Of a stretch of 32,000 bases of DNA, positions 10,805-20,409 are shown in pieces. Numbering within the stretch: position 1 is the stretch's first letter; the number at the start of each line of letters is the position of its first letter. The position numbers and the translations under genes were made by a program. Location of the stretch: the NCBI RefSeq assembly GCF_000008665.1, contig NC_000917.1, forward strand, positions 1,710,001 to 1,742,000. Reading direction: 5' to 3'. The notes under the pieces were generated by a model that was not told the DNA's origin, made no database searches, and saw only the letters and a list, made by a program, of their open reading frames with translations. The stretch comes from Archaeoglobus fulgidus DSM 4304 (GTDB lineage Archaea > Halobacteriota > Archaeoglobi > Archaeoglobales > Archaeoglobaceae).

Positions 10805-11103
10805 ACACCTTTGGCTCTTTTAAGCATCATCAAACCTCTCTTTATCCTATCCTCCGGCCTGAAATTTATCAGATCACCCTTTATCCGCATGATTTTACCC
10901 TTATACCACACTCTGAAGGTTCTACCTCTCTTCGCCACGACTTTTAAACCTTTTTCAGTCATTATTTTGAGCGTGTTCTGAGTCTCATCAACCACTTCTC
11001 CCTTTATCCCCACTTCGCTGTGGTTTGGACTCTCCACCACTTCCACCATCAGGCCAATCCAGTCCCTCGCTATCAGCTCTACACCCTGTAGCCTTCCTCG
11101 CAT
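10795..11103 (-). CDS. rnp1: Ribonuclease P protein component 1 (Rpp29/Pop4 homolog)
   Basis: [56 protein letters not shown]; position between L29 and S17 as in other archaea. Confidence 0.94.
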   Translation of the reverse strand: MRGRLQGVELIARDWIGLMVEVVESPNHSEVGIKGEVVDETQNTLKIMTEKGLKVVAKRGRTFRVWYKGKIMRIKGDLINFRPEDRIKRGLMMLKRAKGVWI

Positions 11104-11285
11104 AGCGCCATCTTAAGCCTTGCAATGTCCTTCCTGATGAGGTTGATTCTCCCCGGGTTCTCCACTGCGCCACCGCTTCTCACGAGGGTTCTGAGCTTGA
11201 GAAGTTCAAGCTCCAGCTCCCTCAGCTTCCTGAGCTTCTCCTCCCTGCTCATCTCCCTTATCTCCTTCATCTTCACCGCTTTCAC
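11079..11285 (-). CDS. rpl29: Ribosomal protein L29 (uL29)
   Basis: [56 protein letters not shown]; start could be GTG 11285, GTG 11276 or ATG 11270. Confidence 0.93.
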   Translation of the reverse strand: MKAVKMKEIREMSREEKLRKLRELELELLKLRTLVRSGGAVENPGRINLIRKDIARLKMALCEEGYRV

Positions 11286-11895
11286 CCCTCAGATGCTCAA
11301 TATTTACATCCTTAACCTCAAACTCGTCGGGCAGAGTCACATCCGGCGGAATTATCCTAACGCTAACTCCCAGAACTCCGAGCTTTTTGATGGCAATGTC
11401 AAATCCCTTTTGAACCATGCTCTCCGCTGGATCGCCTGTGTGAACAATTGTCCCTGCAACGAACTTCTCAGTCCTCGCCCTCTCGCTGACAAGCTTTCCG
11501 CTGATTTCAATCTCGCATCCCTTAGCACCAGCTTCCATGATTCTGTAGAGGAACCTGTAGCCAGCCCTTCTGAAGTACCATCCCCTCTCCAAGGCTCTTG
11601 CAAGCAGTGAAGCCATCAGCTGCGCGTTGAACTCAGGTTTTTCAACCTCATCTACGCTGACCTGCGGATTCTCGATTCCGAAGTCCTTCAGCTTCTCTGT
11701 CAAAGCCTTGATTCTCCTTCCGCCCTTTCCAATGACGAGTCCAGGCCTTTCAACGAAAAGCGTTACTTGCGTTCCGAGTGGTGTGCGAAGAATGTCAACT
11801 CCGCCAAACCCTGCACTCCTCACCTCATCCTTGATCCACTCCTTGACCATCAGCTTCTTCAACCTCTCCTGAACGAACTTTCTCTCTACCGCCAT
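11206..11895 (-). CDS. rps3: Ribosomal protein S3 (uS3)
   Basis: RKFVQERLKKLMVKEWIKDEVRSAGFGGVDILRTPLGTQVTLFVERPGLVIGKGGRRIKALTEKL (KH domain); acidic C-tail overlaps L29. Confidence 0.96.
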   Translation of the reverse strand: MAVERKFVQERLKKLMVKEWIKDEVRSAGFGGVDILRTPLGTQVTLFVERPGLVIGKGGRRIKALTEKLKDFGIENPQVSVDEVEKPEFNAQLMASLLARALERGWYFRRAGYRFLYRIMEAGAKGCEIEISGKLVSERARTEKFVAGTIVHTGDPAESMVQKGFDIAIKKLGVLGVSVRIIPPDVTLPDEFEVKDVNIEHLRGESGEDEGDKGDEQGGEAQEAEGAGA

Positions 11896-12365
11896 TACCT
11901 CACCTCTGCCACAAGCTCTACCGTCGTAAGCTGCTGAAACCTCGGAGTTGCCCTTCCAAATGCTCTCGGCATGTATCTCTCAATAACCCTCCCCTTCTGG
12001 GCCTGAGCATGCACTATGACGAGATTCTCCACATCAAGCCCCTTATACTCTGCATTCGCCTCAAGGTTTCTCAGAACCTTAAGCACGTACTTTGCGGCCT
12101 TCTGAGGATACCTTCCTGCATACCACTTCTCCAATCCCCTTCTGTGTGCAACCTTCTTCTTGTGCCTCTTGAAGGGAATTGCCCTCTTCATCTCCACAAC
12201 GTCCTCAAGCAGCTTCCTTGCCTCCTCTATCTTCTTTCCCCTGATTGCCCTGCAAATTTCAACGGCATGCTTGAAGCTGATCGGCATCTCGTAGCCCATC
12301 GCCTTCGCAGCCTTTGTCTCATCCTCAGGTTTGTAAGCGTAGTTAACCCTCGCCATAGGCATCAC
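11895..12365 (-). CDS. rpl22: Ribosomal protein L22 (uL22)
   Basis: [53 protein letters not shown]; likely start ATG 12356. Confidence 0.96.
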   Translation of the reverse strand: MMPMARVNYAYKPEDETKAAKAMGYEMPISFKHAVEICRAIRGKKIEEARKLLEDVVEMKRAIPFKRHKKKVAHRRGLEKWYAGRYPQKAAKYVLKVLRNLEANAEYKGLDVENLVIVHAQAQKGRVIERYMPRAFGRATPRFQQLTTVELVAEVR

Positions 12366-12763
12366 TTCAGCGGGACGTACTTGCTGCTCCTCGTAGCACC
12401 AACACCGGGCCCTGAATGCTTCTCGAAGCGCCTCGTCAGTGCGAACTCTCCGAGGCGGTGCCCTATCATCTCCGGCTTTATCTCAACCCTCACGAACTCC
12501 TTGCCGTTGTGCACGAACACGACCTTGCCCACCATCTCTGGCAGCACAACCATGTCCCTGCAGTGCGTCCTTGCTGTTCCCTTCTTTCTGAGCTTTCTCA
12601 GCAGCTTCTCCTCCTGCTCAGTGAAGCCCCTCTTTATTTTCCTTCTCTCCCTCGCAGGAAGAAGCTTTGCAAGCTCTTCTAAAGGCATCTTCTGAAGCTC
12701 TTCCAGAGTGTAACCGCGATACTTGAAGTCTCTCGGCCTGATAACCTTGCTCTTTAACGCCAC
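12362..12763 (-). CDS. rps19: Ribosomal protein S19 (uS19)
   Basis: [45 protein letters not shown]...[32 protein letters not shown]. Confidence 0.97.
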   Translation of the reverse strand: MALKSKVIRPRDFKYRGYTLEELQKMPLEELAKLLPARERRKIKRGFTEQEEKLLRKLRKKGTARTHCRDMVVLPEMVGKVVFVHNGKEFVRVEIKPEMIGHRLGEFALTRRFEKHSGPGVGATRSSKYVPLK

Positions 12764-12767
12764 AATA

Positions 12768-13481
12768 TCACCTCCTCACACCCGTCCTGCGGGCTGCAAT
12801 ACTTCCAACCTTCCTTCCCGGAGGAGCGTTACGGCTGACGGTCTTGGGCTTACCAACATGCTGGTGCTTACCTCCACCGAAGGGATGGTCAACTGCGTTC
12901 ATCGCAACTCCCCTCACCCTCGGCCACTTCGCAGCCTTGCTCTTCATCTTGTGGTACTTCTTTCCGGCTTTGACAAAGGGCTTGTCAGTCCTGCCACCGC
13001 CCGCAACAACACCAATCATCGCCCTGCAGTTTGGATGGAACCACTTCTGCTTCCCAGAGGGCATCTGAACGAGAACCTTGTCAGCCTCTCTTGAAACAAC
13101 AAAGCCGAAGGTTCCGCTCGCTCTGATGAACTTCCCCCCATCTCCGGGCTGAGCTTCGATGTTGCAGACAGGAGTTCCCTCAGGGATGTTTTTCAGGTAG
13201 GTTATGTTTCCAGAAGCGATTTCAACGTTATCTCCAGCGTAAACAACGTCACCCGTTCCAAGGCCCTCAACAGCGAGAATGTAGGTTTCAGAACCGTCGG
13301 GAAGCTTAACAAGAGCAACGGGACCGTTTCTTGCAGAATCGTGCTGGATGTCAATTACCTTCGCCGCAACTACCTCATCTTTGAACCTCAGAAGCTTTGC
13401 GTCTGTCTTATACCTGTGAGATGGAGCCCTGTATGTTGGGGTTCCTTTTCCTCTATTCTGGGAGATTATTCTTTTACCCAT
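12768..13481 (-). CDS. rpl2: Ribosomal protein L2 (uL2)
   Basis: [29 protein letters not shown]...[46 protein letters not shown]. Confidence 0.98.
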   Translation of the reverse strand: MGKRIISQNRGKGTPTYRAPSHRYKTDAKLLRFKDEVVAAKVIDIQHDSARNGPVALVKLPDGSETYILAVEGLGTGDVVYAGDNVEIASGNITYLKNIPEGTPVCNIEAQPGDGGKFIRASGTFGFVVSREADKVLVQMPSGKQKWFHPNCRAMIGVVAGGGRTDKPFVKAGKKYHKMKSKAAKWPRVRGVAMNAVDHPFGGGKHQHVGKPKTVSRNAPPGRKVGSIAARRTGVRR

Positions 13482-13492
13482 ACATCACCACC

Positions 13493-13744
13493 TCAGAACA
13501 CTCCAAGCTTTGAAAGAATCTCTTCAGCCGAGTAATCGGGCTTGAGCTTGATGTAGGCTTTCTTCTCGCCTTTCGGCGTTATCAGCGTGTTGACCCTCTC
13601 CACCTCAACGTTGAAGAGCTTTTCAATCTCCTTTTTGATGTGCTCCTTTCTGGCCCTCATGTCAACTATCGCCGTCAGCACGTTCTTTTCCAGCTCTGCA
13701 ACACTCTTCTCCGTAACGAGGAAGCATTTAATCAGCATAACCAC
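13493..13744 (-). CDS. rpl23: Ribosomal protein L23 (uL23)
   Basis: [60 protein letters not shown]. Confidence 0.95.
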   Translation of the reverse strand: MVMLIKCFLVTEKSVAELEKNVLTAIVDMRARKEHIKKEIEKLFNVEVERVNTLITPKGEKKAYIKLKPDYSAEEILSKLGVF

Positions 13745-14496
13745 TCACCCAGATACTCAACTGCCGATTTTGTCCACACAGTAAGCCTTCCTGGATGACA
13801 GCCGGGAGCGAGAAGCTCTACATTCAAATCCTTAACAACCACCGCATCCACTCCCGGAAGATTCTTTGCAGCCTTCACAACTCCATCATCCTTCCCTACA
13901 ACAAGCAGAACGCTCTTCTTTTTGACGTATCTCCTTCCTCTCATCTTCCCTCTGCCGGCCCTGTATCTCTTCCTCTCCTTCGCCCTCTCCACATCAGCGT
14001 AAACGCCAATTGCCCTGAAAACCTCCGCAACGTCCTTTGTTCTCTTCACCGACTCCAGTTCATTGCTCACAACCTTCGGCAGCTCTCCCTCGAAAACGTG
14101 GCTTCTCTGCCTCACAAGCTCCTCATTTGCAGTAGCTGCAATCGCTGACTTCAAAGCCTTTCTCATTTCCTTCTTGTTTATCTTCTCCGCCCACTTTCTC
14201 TCCGGCTTTGGCGGATGTGCCCTTCTCCCACCGACAGCCTGAGGAACGACAACAGCCCTTCTGCCCAGCTTCCACCTCGGAACTCTCGCATATCCATGCC
14301 CCGGTCCCCAGTTCTCCCACGAGTAGTCAACACCGCTCAGCGGATTCGGGCCGTATGGCTGCCTGCGATGAGACTGAAGGGCCAGAACAGCCCTCTTGAT
14401 GATGTCAGGTCTGAACTCCTCTGCAAACACTTCGGGAAGCTCTATTTCCTCTGTTACCTCTCCCTTCAGGTTCAAAACCTTGGCCTTCATAATCAT
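13732..14496 (-). CDS. rpl4: Ribosomal protein L4 (uL4)
   Basis: [29 protein letters not shown]...[26 protein letters not shown]-like L4e signature. Confidence 0.97.
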   Translation of the reverse strand: MIMKAKVLNLKGEVTEEIELPEVFAEEFRPDIIKRAVLALQSHRRQPYGPNPLSGVDYSWENWGPGHGYARVPRWKLGRRAVVVPQAVGGRRAHPPKPERKWAEKINKKEMRKALKSAIAATANEELVRQRSHVFEGELPKVVSNELESVKRTKDVAEVFRAIGVYADVERAKERKRYRAGRGKMRGRRYVKKKSVLLVVGKDDGVVKAAKNLPGVDAVVVKDLNVELLAPGCHPGRLTVWTKSAVEYLGEWLC

Positions 14497-15488
14497 CTCC
14501 CCTGCTTGGACGTTGTGCTAACGTAAACAATATTCACACCATCAAAATGCGCCTTCGGTGGTCTTATCGCATCCCTCATCCTTATCAGCCTCTTCACCGG
14601 CCCCGGAACAGAGCCGGTTACAAGGACATACTGAGTTCTGATAACTCCGTAGTGCAGAAATCCGCCCTTTGGCGTAATCTCCTCTCCGTTCTCTCCAATC
14701 TTGATGAGCCTCTTGTTGTACTCAGTTCTCTGGTGGAATCCCATCTGACCTGCCTGCGGAACCGTCCACCTCACGTGGTGCGGATTCCACGGGCCAAGAT
14801 TACCCACTCTCCTGTGCTTGCTGCTCCTCGCATGCTTTGCATCCAGCGTAATCACTCCCCACCTCTTAACAGGCCCCTGGAAGCCCTTACCCTTTGTTAC
14901 AGCAATAACGTCGATAATCGCTCCCTCATCAAAAACTTCCGAAACGCTAATCTCTTTACCGAGCTTGGAAATTGCGTAATCCAAAGCTTCCTCAACATTT
15001 CCTCCAATCCTGTGCTCCATCACGTCAGGAACCTTCTTGGGAACTCCAGTGATGAGGTAAGGCTGAGTGTAGGTTACAACCCTCACCTCCGAAGCCCCAT
15101 TCTCCACCGCTGCTTTGAGCTTCTCCACATCCGGCTCCTTCTTTGGCAGATTCAGCCTTCTGTCGAGAAAATCGTCCAGATTGTTGCTCCAAACTTCTGC
15201 TGCAATCTGCATTCCGTACTGAGTTTTCTTGTAAACCCTCACTGCCGCAACTTTCATCGGCGGTGTTTCTATTACCGTAACAGGAACCACAACCTCCTCA
15301 CCGTATGTGGGAGAGTTCTTCCTGTCGTCTATCATCACAACGTGTGTCATCCCAGCCTTGTATCCTGCAAATCCCTGCATCCTAACTCTGTCACACTCCG
15401 GCCATGCTCTGATTCTTGGAACGATGCTCTTAGCCCTTTTTCTTGGAGAAAACGCTAAAGAACCCCTTCTCGGTCTGTGATACTTCAT
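14493..15488 (-). CDS. rpl3: Ribosomal protein L3 (uL3)
   Basis: MKYHRPRRGSLAFSPRKRAKSIVPRIRAWP...DVIAVTKGKGFQGPVKRWGV...RRVGNLGPWNPHHVRWTVPQAGQMGFHQRTEYNKR. Confidence 0.98.
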   Translation of the reverse strand: MKYHRPRRGSLAFSPRKRAKSIVPRIRAWPECDRVRMQGFAGYKAGMTHVVMIDDRKNSPTYGEEVVVPVTVIETPPMKVAAVRVYKKTQYGMQIAAEVWSNNLDDFLDRRLNLPKKEPDVEKLKAAVENGASEVRVVTYTQPYLITGVPKKVPDVMEHRIGGNVEEALDYAISKLGKEISVSEVFDEGAIIDVIAVTKGKGFQGPVKRWGVITLDAKHARSSKHRRVGNLGPWNPHHVRWTVPQAGQMGFHQRTEYNKRLIKIGENGEEITPKGGFLHYGVIRTQYVLVTGSVPGPVKRLIRMRDAIRPPKAHFDGVNIVYVSTTSKQGR

Positions 15489-16255
15489 TCCAAACCACCC
15501 CAGTAGTCTGCAAAATTAACAAGTGAAAGAGTCGCAAAGATAGCCTCCTCTAACCTCACGGTTTTCGTTCCCTGATTCGGCACCACATTCCAGCACTCTG
15601 CCTCCATCTCGACCCCCAACCTTTTCGCGATTTCGAACACACCCTCTTCGGGATTTCCGAATACGAGTGTAACGTCCCGTCTCAATGCTGGTGGCTTCAC
15701 AACCTCACACTTGCGTGAGGTCACCACCAGATTTTTCCTCTTTACCAGCTCCTCCAGACGGAGCTTTTTCACCCTGTAACCCCAATACTCCTGGGGCTCA
15801 GCTTCTTCCACCCGCAACGGCGTCTTCGAACAGATCCTGACGGTCACGCGGGCGCCCTTTTCCGCATCACTCTTCATGGGCGCCAGGGCGTCGATGCCAA
15901 CATCCACCCATCGCGTCCCGTCAGGGGCAACGTGTCTTACAACGCCCTCCCTCAATTCACCGACTTTTAAATGTTTCGACCTGTGGGAGGGAATGGCGAG
16001 CGGAGGAAGCAAGCCGGCATACTTCAACGATTTTTTGAGAGGAAATATGTGCTTCCTCAGATACTGCGGTGTTTCAAGGTACTCCAGTATCTCAGCGATA
16101 AAGTCAGACTCATCAAGTATAGGGTCATAGTATATTATAATCTCATCTACTCTGAAAACGGCCGCTGCTCTAGCTATCAGCCCAACTTTGTAGGTCTTTA
16201 TTTTCTCGTCCCTCTCGTTGATGAGGGCTGAAGATGGAATGGCGATGGAGAGCAT
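15485..16255 (-). CDS. SPOUT-superfamily putative RNA methyltransferase (SPOUT1/CENP-32-like family)
   Basis: MLSIAIPSSALINERDEKIKTYKVGLIARAAAVFRVDEIIIYYD...YAGLLPPLAIPSHR...VFGNPEEGVFEIAKRLG...VPNQGTKTVRLEEAIFATLSLVN; knot motif plus conserved position upstream of L3. Confidence 0.85.
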   Translation of the reverse strand: MLSIAIPSSALINERDEKIKTYKVGLIARAAAVFRVDEIIIYYDPILDESDFIAEILEYLETPQYLRKHIFPLKKSLKYAGLLPPLAIPSHRSKHLKVGELREGVVRHVAPDGTRWVDVGIDALAPMKSDAEKGARVTVRICSKTPLRVEEAEPQEYWGYRVKKLRLEELVKRKNLVVTSRKCEVVKPPALRRDVTLVFGNPEEGVFEIAKRLGVEMEAECWNVVPNQGTKTVRLEEAIFATLSLVNFADYWGGLE

Positions 16256-16312
16256 GATGCTTAATTGTGTGGGGTGATAAAAAGTATTAGCCCAAATCGC
16301 TATGCTGGTGCC

Positions 16313-16909
16313 CTACAAATCGCACGGCTCGAACAGAGAGTCGCTAAGCGTAGCATCAAGCTCCATGCTCACAAAATGTAGGGTTACTGTGTTGTTTTCA
16401 GGAAAGCTCACTCTCAGCTGGATTTTTGCGGGATACCACTCGCCCTTGACAACCCATACTTTCTCAATTTCAACCTCCCCCTTTCCCCCATCTTTCGCGG
16501 CAAGAACGTAGCATTCCTTACTTTCGTTATTCACCACAACCTTCTCCTCTCCAACCAGCGTTACCTCGTACGACTTTAGCATCTCCAAAAAATGGCCATA
16601 GTAGAAGTCAACTACTCTGTTTAATGTTATCGTCTTCGATCCGTTCCCACTGCAAATTTTCACCGCGCTTCCGTTGAACACGCTCACCGTGTTTTCAGGC
16701 AAGTACTCTATCCGCATTCTGTCGGGCTTTTTGAAGGCGACGTTAATGTAGCTCACGTGATTGTCACTTACTTCTTGAATTTTTGCTTTATAGCTTTCAG
16801 CTTCTTCATACCTTTCATAGAGCTTGGTAAGAATTTCCTCTGCTGTCGGAGTCTGTATGCAGGCGGACAGAAAGACGAGGGCGGCGATGAGGGGCCAAAC
16901 TCTTTTCAT
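16313..16909 (-). CDS. Putative lipoprotein, LolA/RseB-like fold
   Basis: MKRVWPLIAALVFLSACIQTPTAEEILTKLYERYEEAESYKAKIQEVSD...: signal peptide with lipobox LSAC; beta-strand pattern resembles outer-membrane lipoprotein-sorting family. ORF opens at 16933 but ATG 16909 begins the signal peptide. Confidence 0.65.
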   Translation of the reverse strand: MKRVWPLIAALVFLSACIQTPTAEEILTKLYERYEEAESYKAKIQEVSDNHVSYINVAFKKPDRMRIEYLPENTVSVFNGSAVKICSGNGSKTITLNRVVDFYYGHFLEMLKSYEVTLVGEEKVVVNNESKECYVLAAKDGGKGEVEIEKVWVVKGEWYPAKIQLRVSFPENNTVTLHFVSMELDATLSDSLFEPCDL

Positions 16910-17075
16910 GCAAGCTATAGCACAACAAAGCATTTAAACTTTGCCAAAAGCGCGCTGGATATATAAAAAAAACTTTTAATAAACACTACGAAAGACTATT
17001 ATTTTTCTCCTCGCCCAAAAAGAGAACGGTTAAATAGTATTTGTTAAGACTTCCTCAAAAACTTTTGGTGATAGG

Positions 17076-17444
17076 ATGCTGGAAGTGGAAGTTATATCTG
17101 GTAGAACCCTCAATCAGGGGGCCACTGTTGAGGAAAAACTAACCGAAGAGTACTTCAACGCTGTCAATTATGCAGAAATCAACGAGGAGGACTGGAACGC
17201 TCTCGGTCTGCAGGAGGGCGACAGGGTAAAGGTAAAAACGGAGTTTGGAGAGGTTGTGGTTTTTGCAAAGAAGGGAGATGTGCCGAAAGGGATGATATTC
17301 ATTCCCATGGGCCCCTACGCCAACATGGTCATTGACCCTTCAACTGATGGCACAGGAATGCCGCAGTTTAAGGGCGTAAAAGGGACTGTGGAGAAGACGG
17401 ATGAGAAGGTTTTGAGTGTGAAGGAGCTTCTGGAGGCGATTTAA
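17076..17444 (+). CDS. fwdD: Tungsten/molybdenum formylmethanofuran dehydrogenase subunit D
   Basis: MLEVEVISGRTLNQGATVEEKLTEEYFNAVNYAEINEEDWNALGLQEGDRVKVKTEFGEVVVFAK; molybdopterin-dinucleotide-binding domain; operon context. Confidence 0.92.
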   Translation: MLEVEVISGRTLNQGATVEEKLTEEYFNAVNYAEINEEDWNALGLQEGDRVKVKTEFGEVVVFAKKGDVPKGMIFIPMGPYANMVIDPSTDGTGMPQFKGVKGTVEKTDEKVLSVKELLEAI

Positions 17445-18710
17445 ATGGCGGAAAGTGTGAATTTGGTCTGCACCTTTTGCGGTAGCGTTTGTGACGACGG
17501 GCAGTTTGACGTAGAGCAGTTCAAATCAAAGAAGCTCTGTAAGCTCGGCAGTGCCAAATTCTCCAAGAAGGAGCGCATTAAGGCTCCGATGATTGATGGC
17601 AAAGAGGTTAGCTATGAGGAGGCTATCGAGAAGGCCGCTGAGATTCTTGTAAACGCCAAAAAGCCGCTGCTCTACGGCTGGGCTTCAACGGTGAACGAGG
17701 CCATAAGGCTTGGAGTCATTCTTACGGAGAAGGTTGGCGGTGTTTACGACCAGTGCGCAAGTGTCTGCCACGCCCCCGGAACTCTTGCCGTCATTGAAGA
17801 AGGTCTGCCCGGTGGAACTCTTGGGGCGATAAAGAACAGGGCTGATGTCGTGGTATTCTGGGGAGCAAATCCGATGGAGGCCCATCCGAGGCACGGGATG
17901 AGATACTCCATCTCTGCCAAAGGACTGCTGATAAAGGACAGGAAGCAGAGAAAGGTTATCGTCGTTGATGTAAGGCCAACTAAAACCGCAAAGCTCGCAG
18001 ACGAGTTCATTCAAATCAAGCCTGGATACGATTATCCGATAATATCAGCCCTGAGAGCGATAATTTCGGGCAATGCTGATGCCGTGCCGGATGAGGTTGG
18101 TGGTGTGAGCAAGGAAAAGCTGGTTGAGCTTGCCGAGACGATGAAGAATGCCAAGTATGGAGCAGTTCTCTACGGCTTGGGCGTTACGCAGTCAAGGGGG
18201 AGAGACAGGAACGTTGAGAACGCCGTAAAGCTGATTCAGCTCCTCAACCGCCACACGAGGTGGGTTATCTGGCCGATGAGAGGTCACTACAATGTTGTTG
18301 GTGCGGGAGAGGTTCCTGCTTGGGAGGTTGGCTACCAGTACGCCATAGACTTCAGCAGAGGCTATCCGAGGTTCTCTCCAGCTGAGTTCTCTGCCGTTGA
18401 GGTTTTGAAGAGGAAGGACTGTGATGCTGCCCTCATTATCGCATCAGACCCGGTAGCGCACTTCCCAAGGGCAGCAGTTAAGCACCTCAAGGAGATCCCC
18501 GTCATTCAGATTGACCCCTTCCCCAACATGACGACCCTTGTTGCAAATGTCGTCATTCCCTCAGCGGTTGCGGGGCTTGAGGCGGAGGGCACGGCTTACA
18601 GGATGGACGGCATAGCCCTGAGAGTTAAGAAGGTTGTAGAGAGCAGCTACTGGAGCGACGAGCAGATTCTTGAAAAGCTGCTCGAGAAGGTTGAGGAGCT
18701 TAAGGGGTGA
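17445..18710 (+). CDS. fwdB: Formylmethanofuran dehydrogenase subunit B (W/Mo catalytic subunit, cysteine form)
   Basis: VCTFCGSVCDD [4Fe-4S] motif; YDQCASVCHAPGTLAVIEEG active-site motif; GRDRNVENAVKLIQLLNRHTRWVIWPMRGHYNVVGAGEVPAWEVGY. Confidence 0.95.
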   Translation: MAESVNLVCTFCGSVCDDGQFDVEQFKSKKLCKLGSAKFSKKERIKAPMIDGKEVSYEEAIEKAAEILVNAKKPLLYGWASTVNEAIRLGVILTEKVGGVYDQCASVCHAPGTLAVIEEGLPGGTLGAIKNRADVVVFWGANPMEAHPRHGMRYSISAKGLLIKDRKQRKVIVVDVRPTKTAKLADEFIQIKPGYDYPIISALRAIISGNADAVPDEVGGVSKEKLVELAETMKNAKYGAVLYGLGVTQSRGRDRNVENAVKLIQLLNRHTRWVIWPMRGHYNVVGAGEVPAWEVGYQYAIDFSRGYPRFSPAEFSAVEVLKRKDCDAALIIASDPVAHFPRAAVKHLKEIPVIQIDPFPNMTTLVANVVIPSAVAGLEAEGTAYRMDGIALRVKKVVESSYWSDEQILEKLLEKVEELKG

Positions 18711-18713
18711 TAA

Positions 18714-20405
18714 ATGATGCATCACGCACTGCATATTAAAAATGGAATTGTTATCGACCCCAAAAACGGGGTTAAGGCGGAAAAAATGGACATCTTTGTC
18801 AAAAACGGCAAGATTGTTGAGGAAAGCGAGGTTAAGGGGGAGGATGTTAAGGTTATCGATGCAAACAACAAGCTCGTCGTTGCTGGCGGAGTTGACATGC
18901 ACGCCCACATTGCGGGCAGCAAAATCAACACGGGCAGAACGATGCGGCCTGAGGAAATGAGGGTTGTGAGGAACATTGCAGGAAAGTTCAGAGCTGCTGT
19001 AGGAAGAGTTCTGCTCACCTCTCCTGCAATAGGCTATGAGTATGCTAAAATGGGCTACACCATTTCAATAGAGGCAGCTCAGCCACCAATCGGCTCACCC
19101 CACACTCACGAGGAGCTTGATGCAATTCCGATGATTGACAAGGCTGCATTGCCTGTTTTTGGTAACTGGCATTTTGTGCTGAAGTATGTGGCCGAGAAGG
19201 ACATGGAAAAGCTGAAGGCCTTCATCGCATGGGCCATTGAGAGAACGAAGGGATTCGGTGTGAAGGTCGTCAACCCCGGAGGTGTTGGAGCTTGGATGTA
19301 TGGCGGCAACGTTACAAGCCTCGACGACCAGGTGCCGGGCTTCAATGTGACTCCGAGGGAGATAATCACCTCTCTCGTTAAGGCTACGGAAGAACTGCAG
19401 CTCAACCACTCAGTGCATCTGCACTGCAACCGCCTTGGCGTGCCGGGGAACTATGAAACAACGGTAGAGAGCATCAAGCTTGTGGATGGAATCAGAAACG
19501 ATGCAAGGCAGGTTCTCCACGTTACTCACGTGCAGTTCAACGCCTACGCTGGAGACAGCTGGAGAACTGTTGCCAGCGGTGCTGAGGCGATTGCCAAGAC
19601 AGTAAACAGCATGGACAACGTCACGATCGACATGGGACAGCCGATTTTCGGTCACGCAACTGCAATGACGGGCGATGCTCCCTTCCAGTTCACCCTCCAC
19701 AAGCTTACAGGCTCAAGATGGAGCAACAAGGACAGCGAGATCGAGGGTGGTGCTGGTATAGTGCCAATAGCCTACCTGCCCAAGAATCCAGTTCATGCCT
19801 TGCAGTGGGCCATTGGTCTGGAGCTCGGACTGCTGATAGACAGCGATAAGGTCGTTCTTACAACCGATTACCCCAACGGAGGGCCATTCACGGAGTATCC
19901 ATATATCATGGCGATGCTGATGAGCAAGAAGATGAGGGAAGGAGAGCTTGAGAGAGTCAGCCCCTTCGTGCAGAAGGCTTCAAACCTGCCAGCCATCGAC
20001 ACCGAGAAAACGCTGGAGGAGGTCATCCACATGACCCGCTCTCTCCCTGCGAGGGTGCTTGGATTGCCTCAGAAGGGACACCTTGGCGTTGGAGCGGATG
20101 CCGACATAGCCATCTACGACCTCAACCCGCTTGATGTTGACACATCCAACGACTTCGAGAAGGTCTACAAGGCCTTCAAGACTGCTGTCTATACAATCAA
20201 GGACGGCCAAATCCTCGTGAAGGACGGAGAGCTTGTTGATGAATACTGGGGCAGGACCTACTGGGTTGATGCGACCGGCAAAGCTGACATGGAGGCAATC
20301 AAAGACGACCTCAACGAAATGTTCAGCAAATACTACACCGTCGAGCTGCAGAACTACGGTGTGGAGGAGAGATGGCTCAGGAAGCCAGAGAGGATTGTAA
20401 TCTGA
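18714..20405 (+). CDS. fwdA: Formylmethanofuran dehydrogenase subunit A (amidohydrolase fold)
   Basis: VVAGGVDMHAHIAGSKINTGRTMRPEE; VHLHCNRLGVPGNYETT; FGHATAMTGDAPFQFTLHKLTG; TTDYPNGGPFTEYP. Confidence 0.96.
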   Translation: MMHHALHIKNGIVIDPKNGVKAEKMDIFVKNGKIVEESEVKGEDVKVIDANNKLVVAGGVDMHAHIAGSKINTGRTMRPEEMRVVRNIAGKFRAAVGRVLLTSPAIGYEYAKMGYTISIEAAQPPIGSPHTHEELDAIPMIDKAALPVFGNWHFVLKYVAEKDMEKLKAFIAWAIERTKGFGVKVVNPGGVGAWMYGGNVTSLDDQVPGFNVTPREIITSLVKATEELQLNHSVHLHCNRLGVPGNYETTVESIKLVDGIRNDARQVLHVTHVQFNAYAGDSWRTVASGAEAIAKTVNSMDNVTIDMGQPIFGHATAMTGDAPFQFTLHKLTGSRWSNKDSEIEGGAGIVPIAYLPKNPVHALQWAIGLELGLLIDSDKVVLTTDYPNGGPFTEYPYIMAMLMSKKMREGELERVSPFVQKASNLPAIDTEKTLEEVIHMTRSLPARVLGLPQKGHLGVGADADIAIYDLNPLDVDTSNDFEKVYKAFKTAVYTIKDGQILVKDGELVDEYWGRTYWVDATGKADMEAIKDDLNEMFSKYYTVELQNYGVEERWLRKPERIVI

Positions 20406-20409
20406 GGGG

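Noticed and set aside
14547-15458. 303-aa + strand ORF opposite L3
   Set aside because: Antisense shadow of a certain ribosomal gene in a GC-biased frame; no recognisable domain. The same reasoning rejects 7148-7876, 8527-9252, 11125-11610, 12009-12695, 13795-14148, 5597-6007 and 10060-10524.
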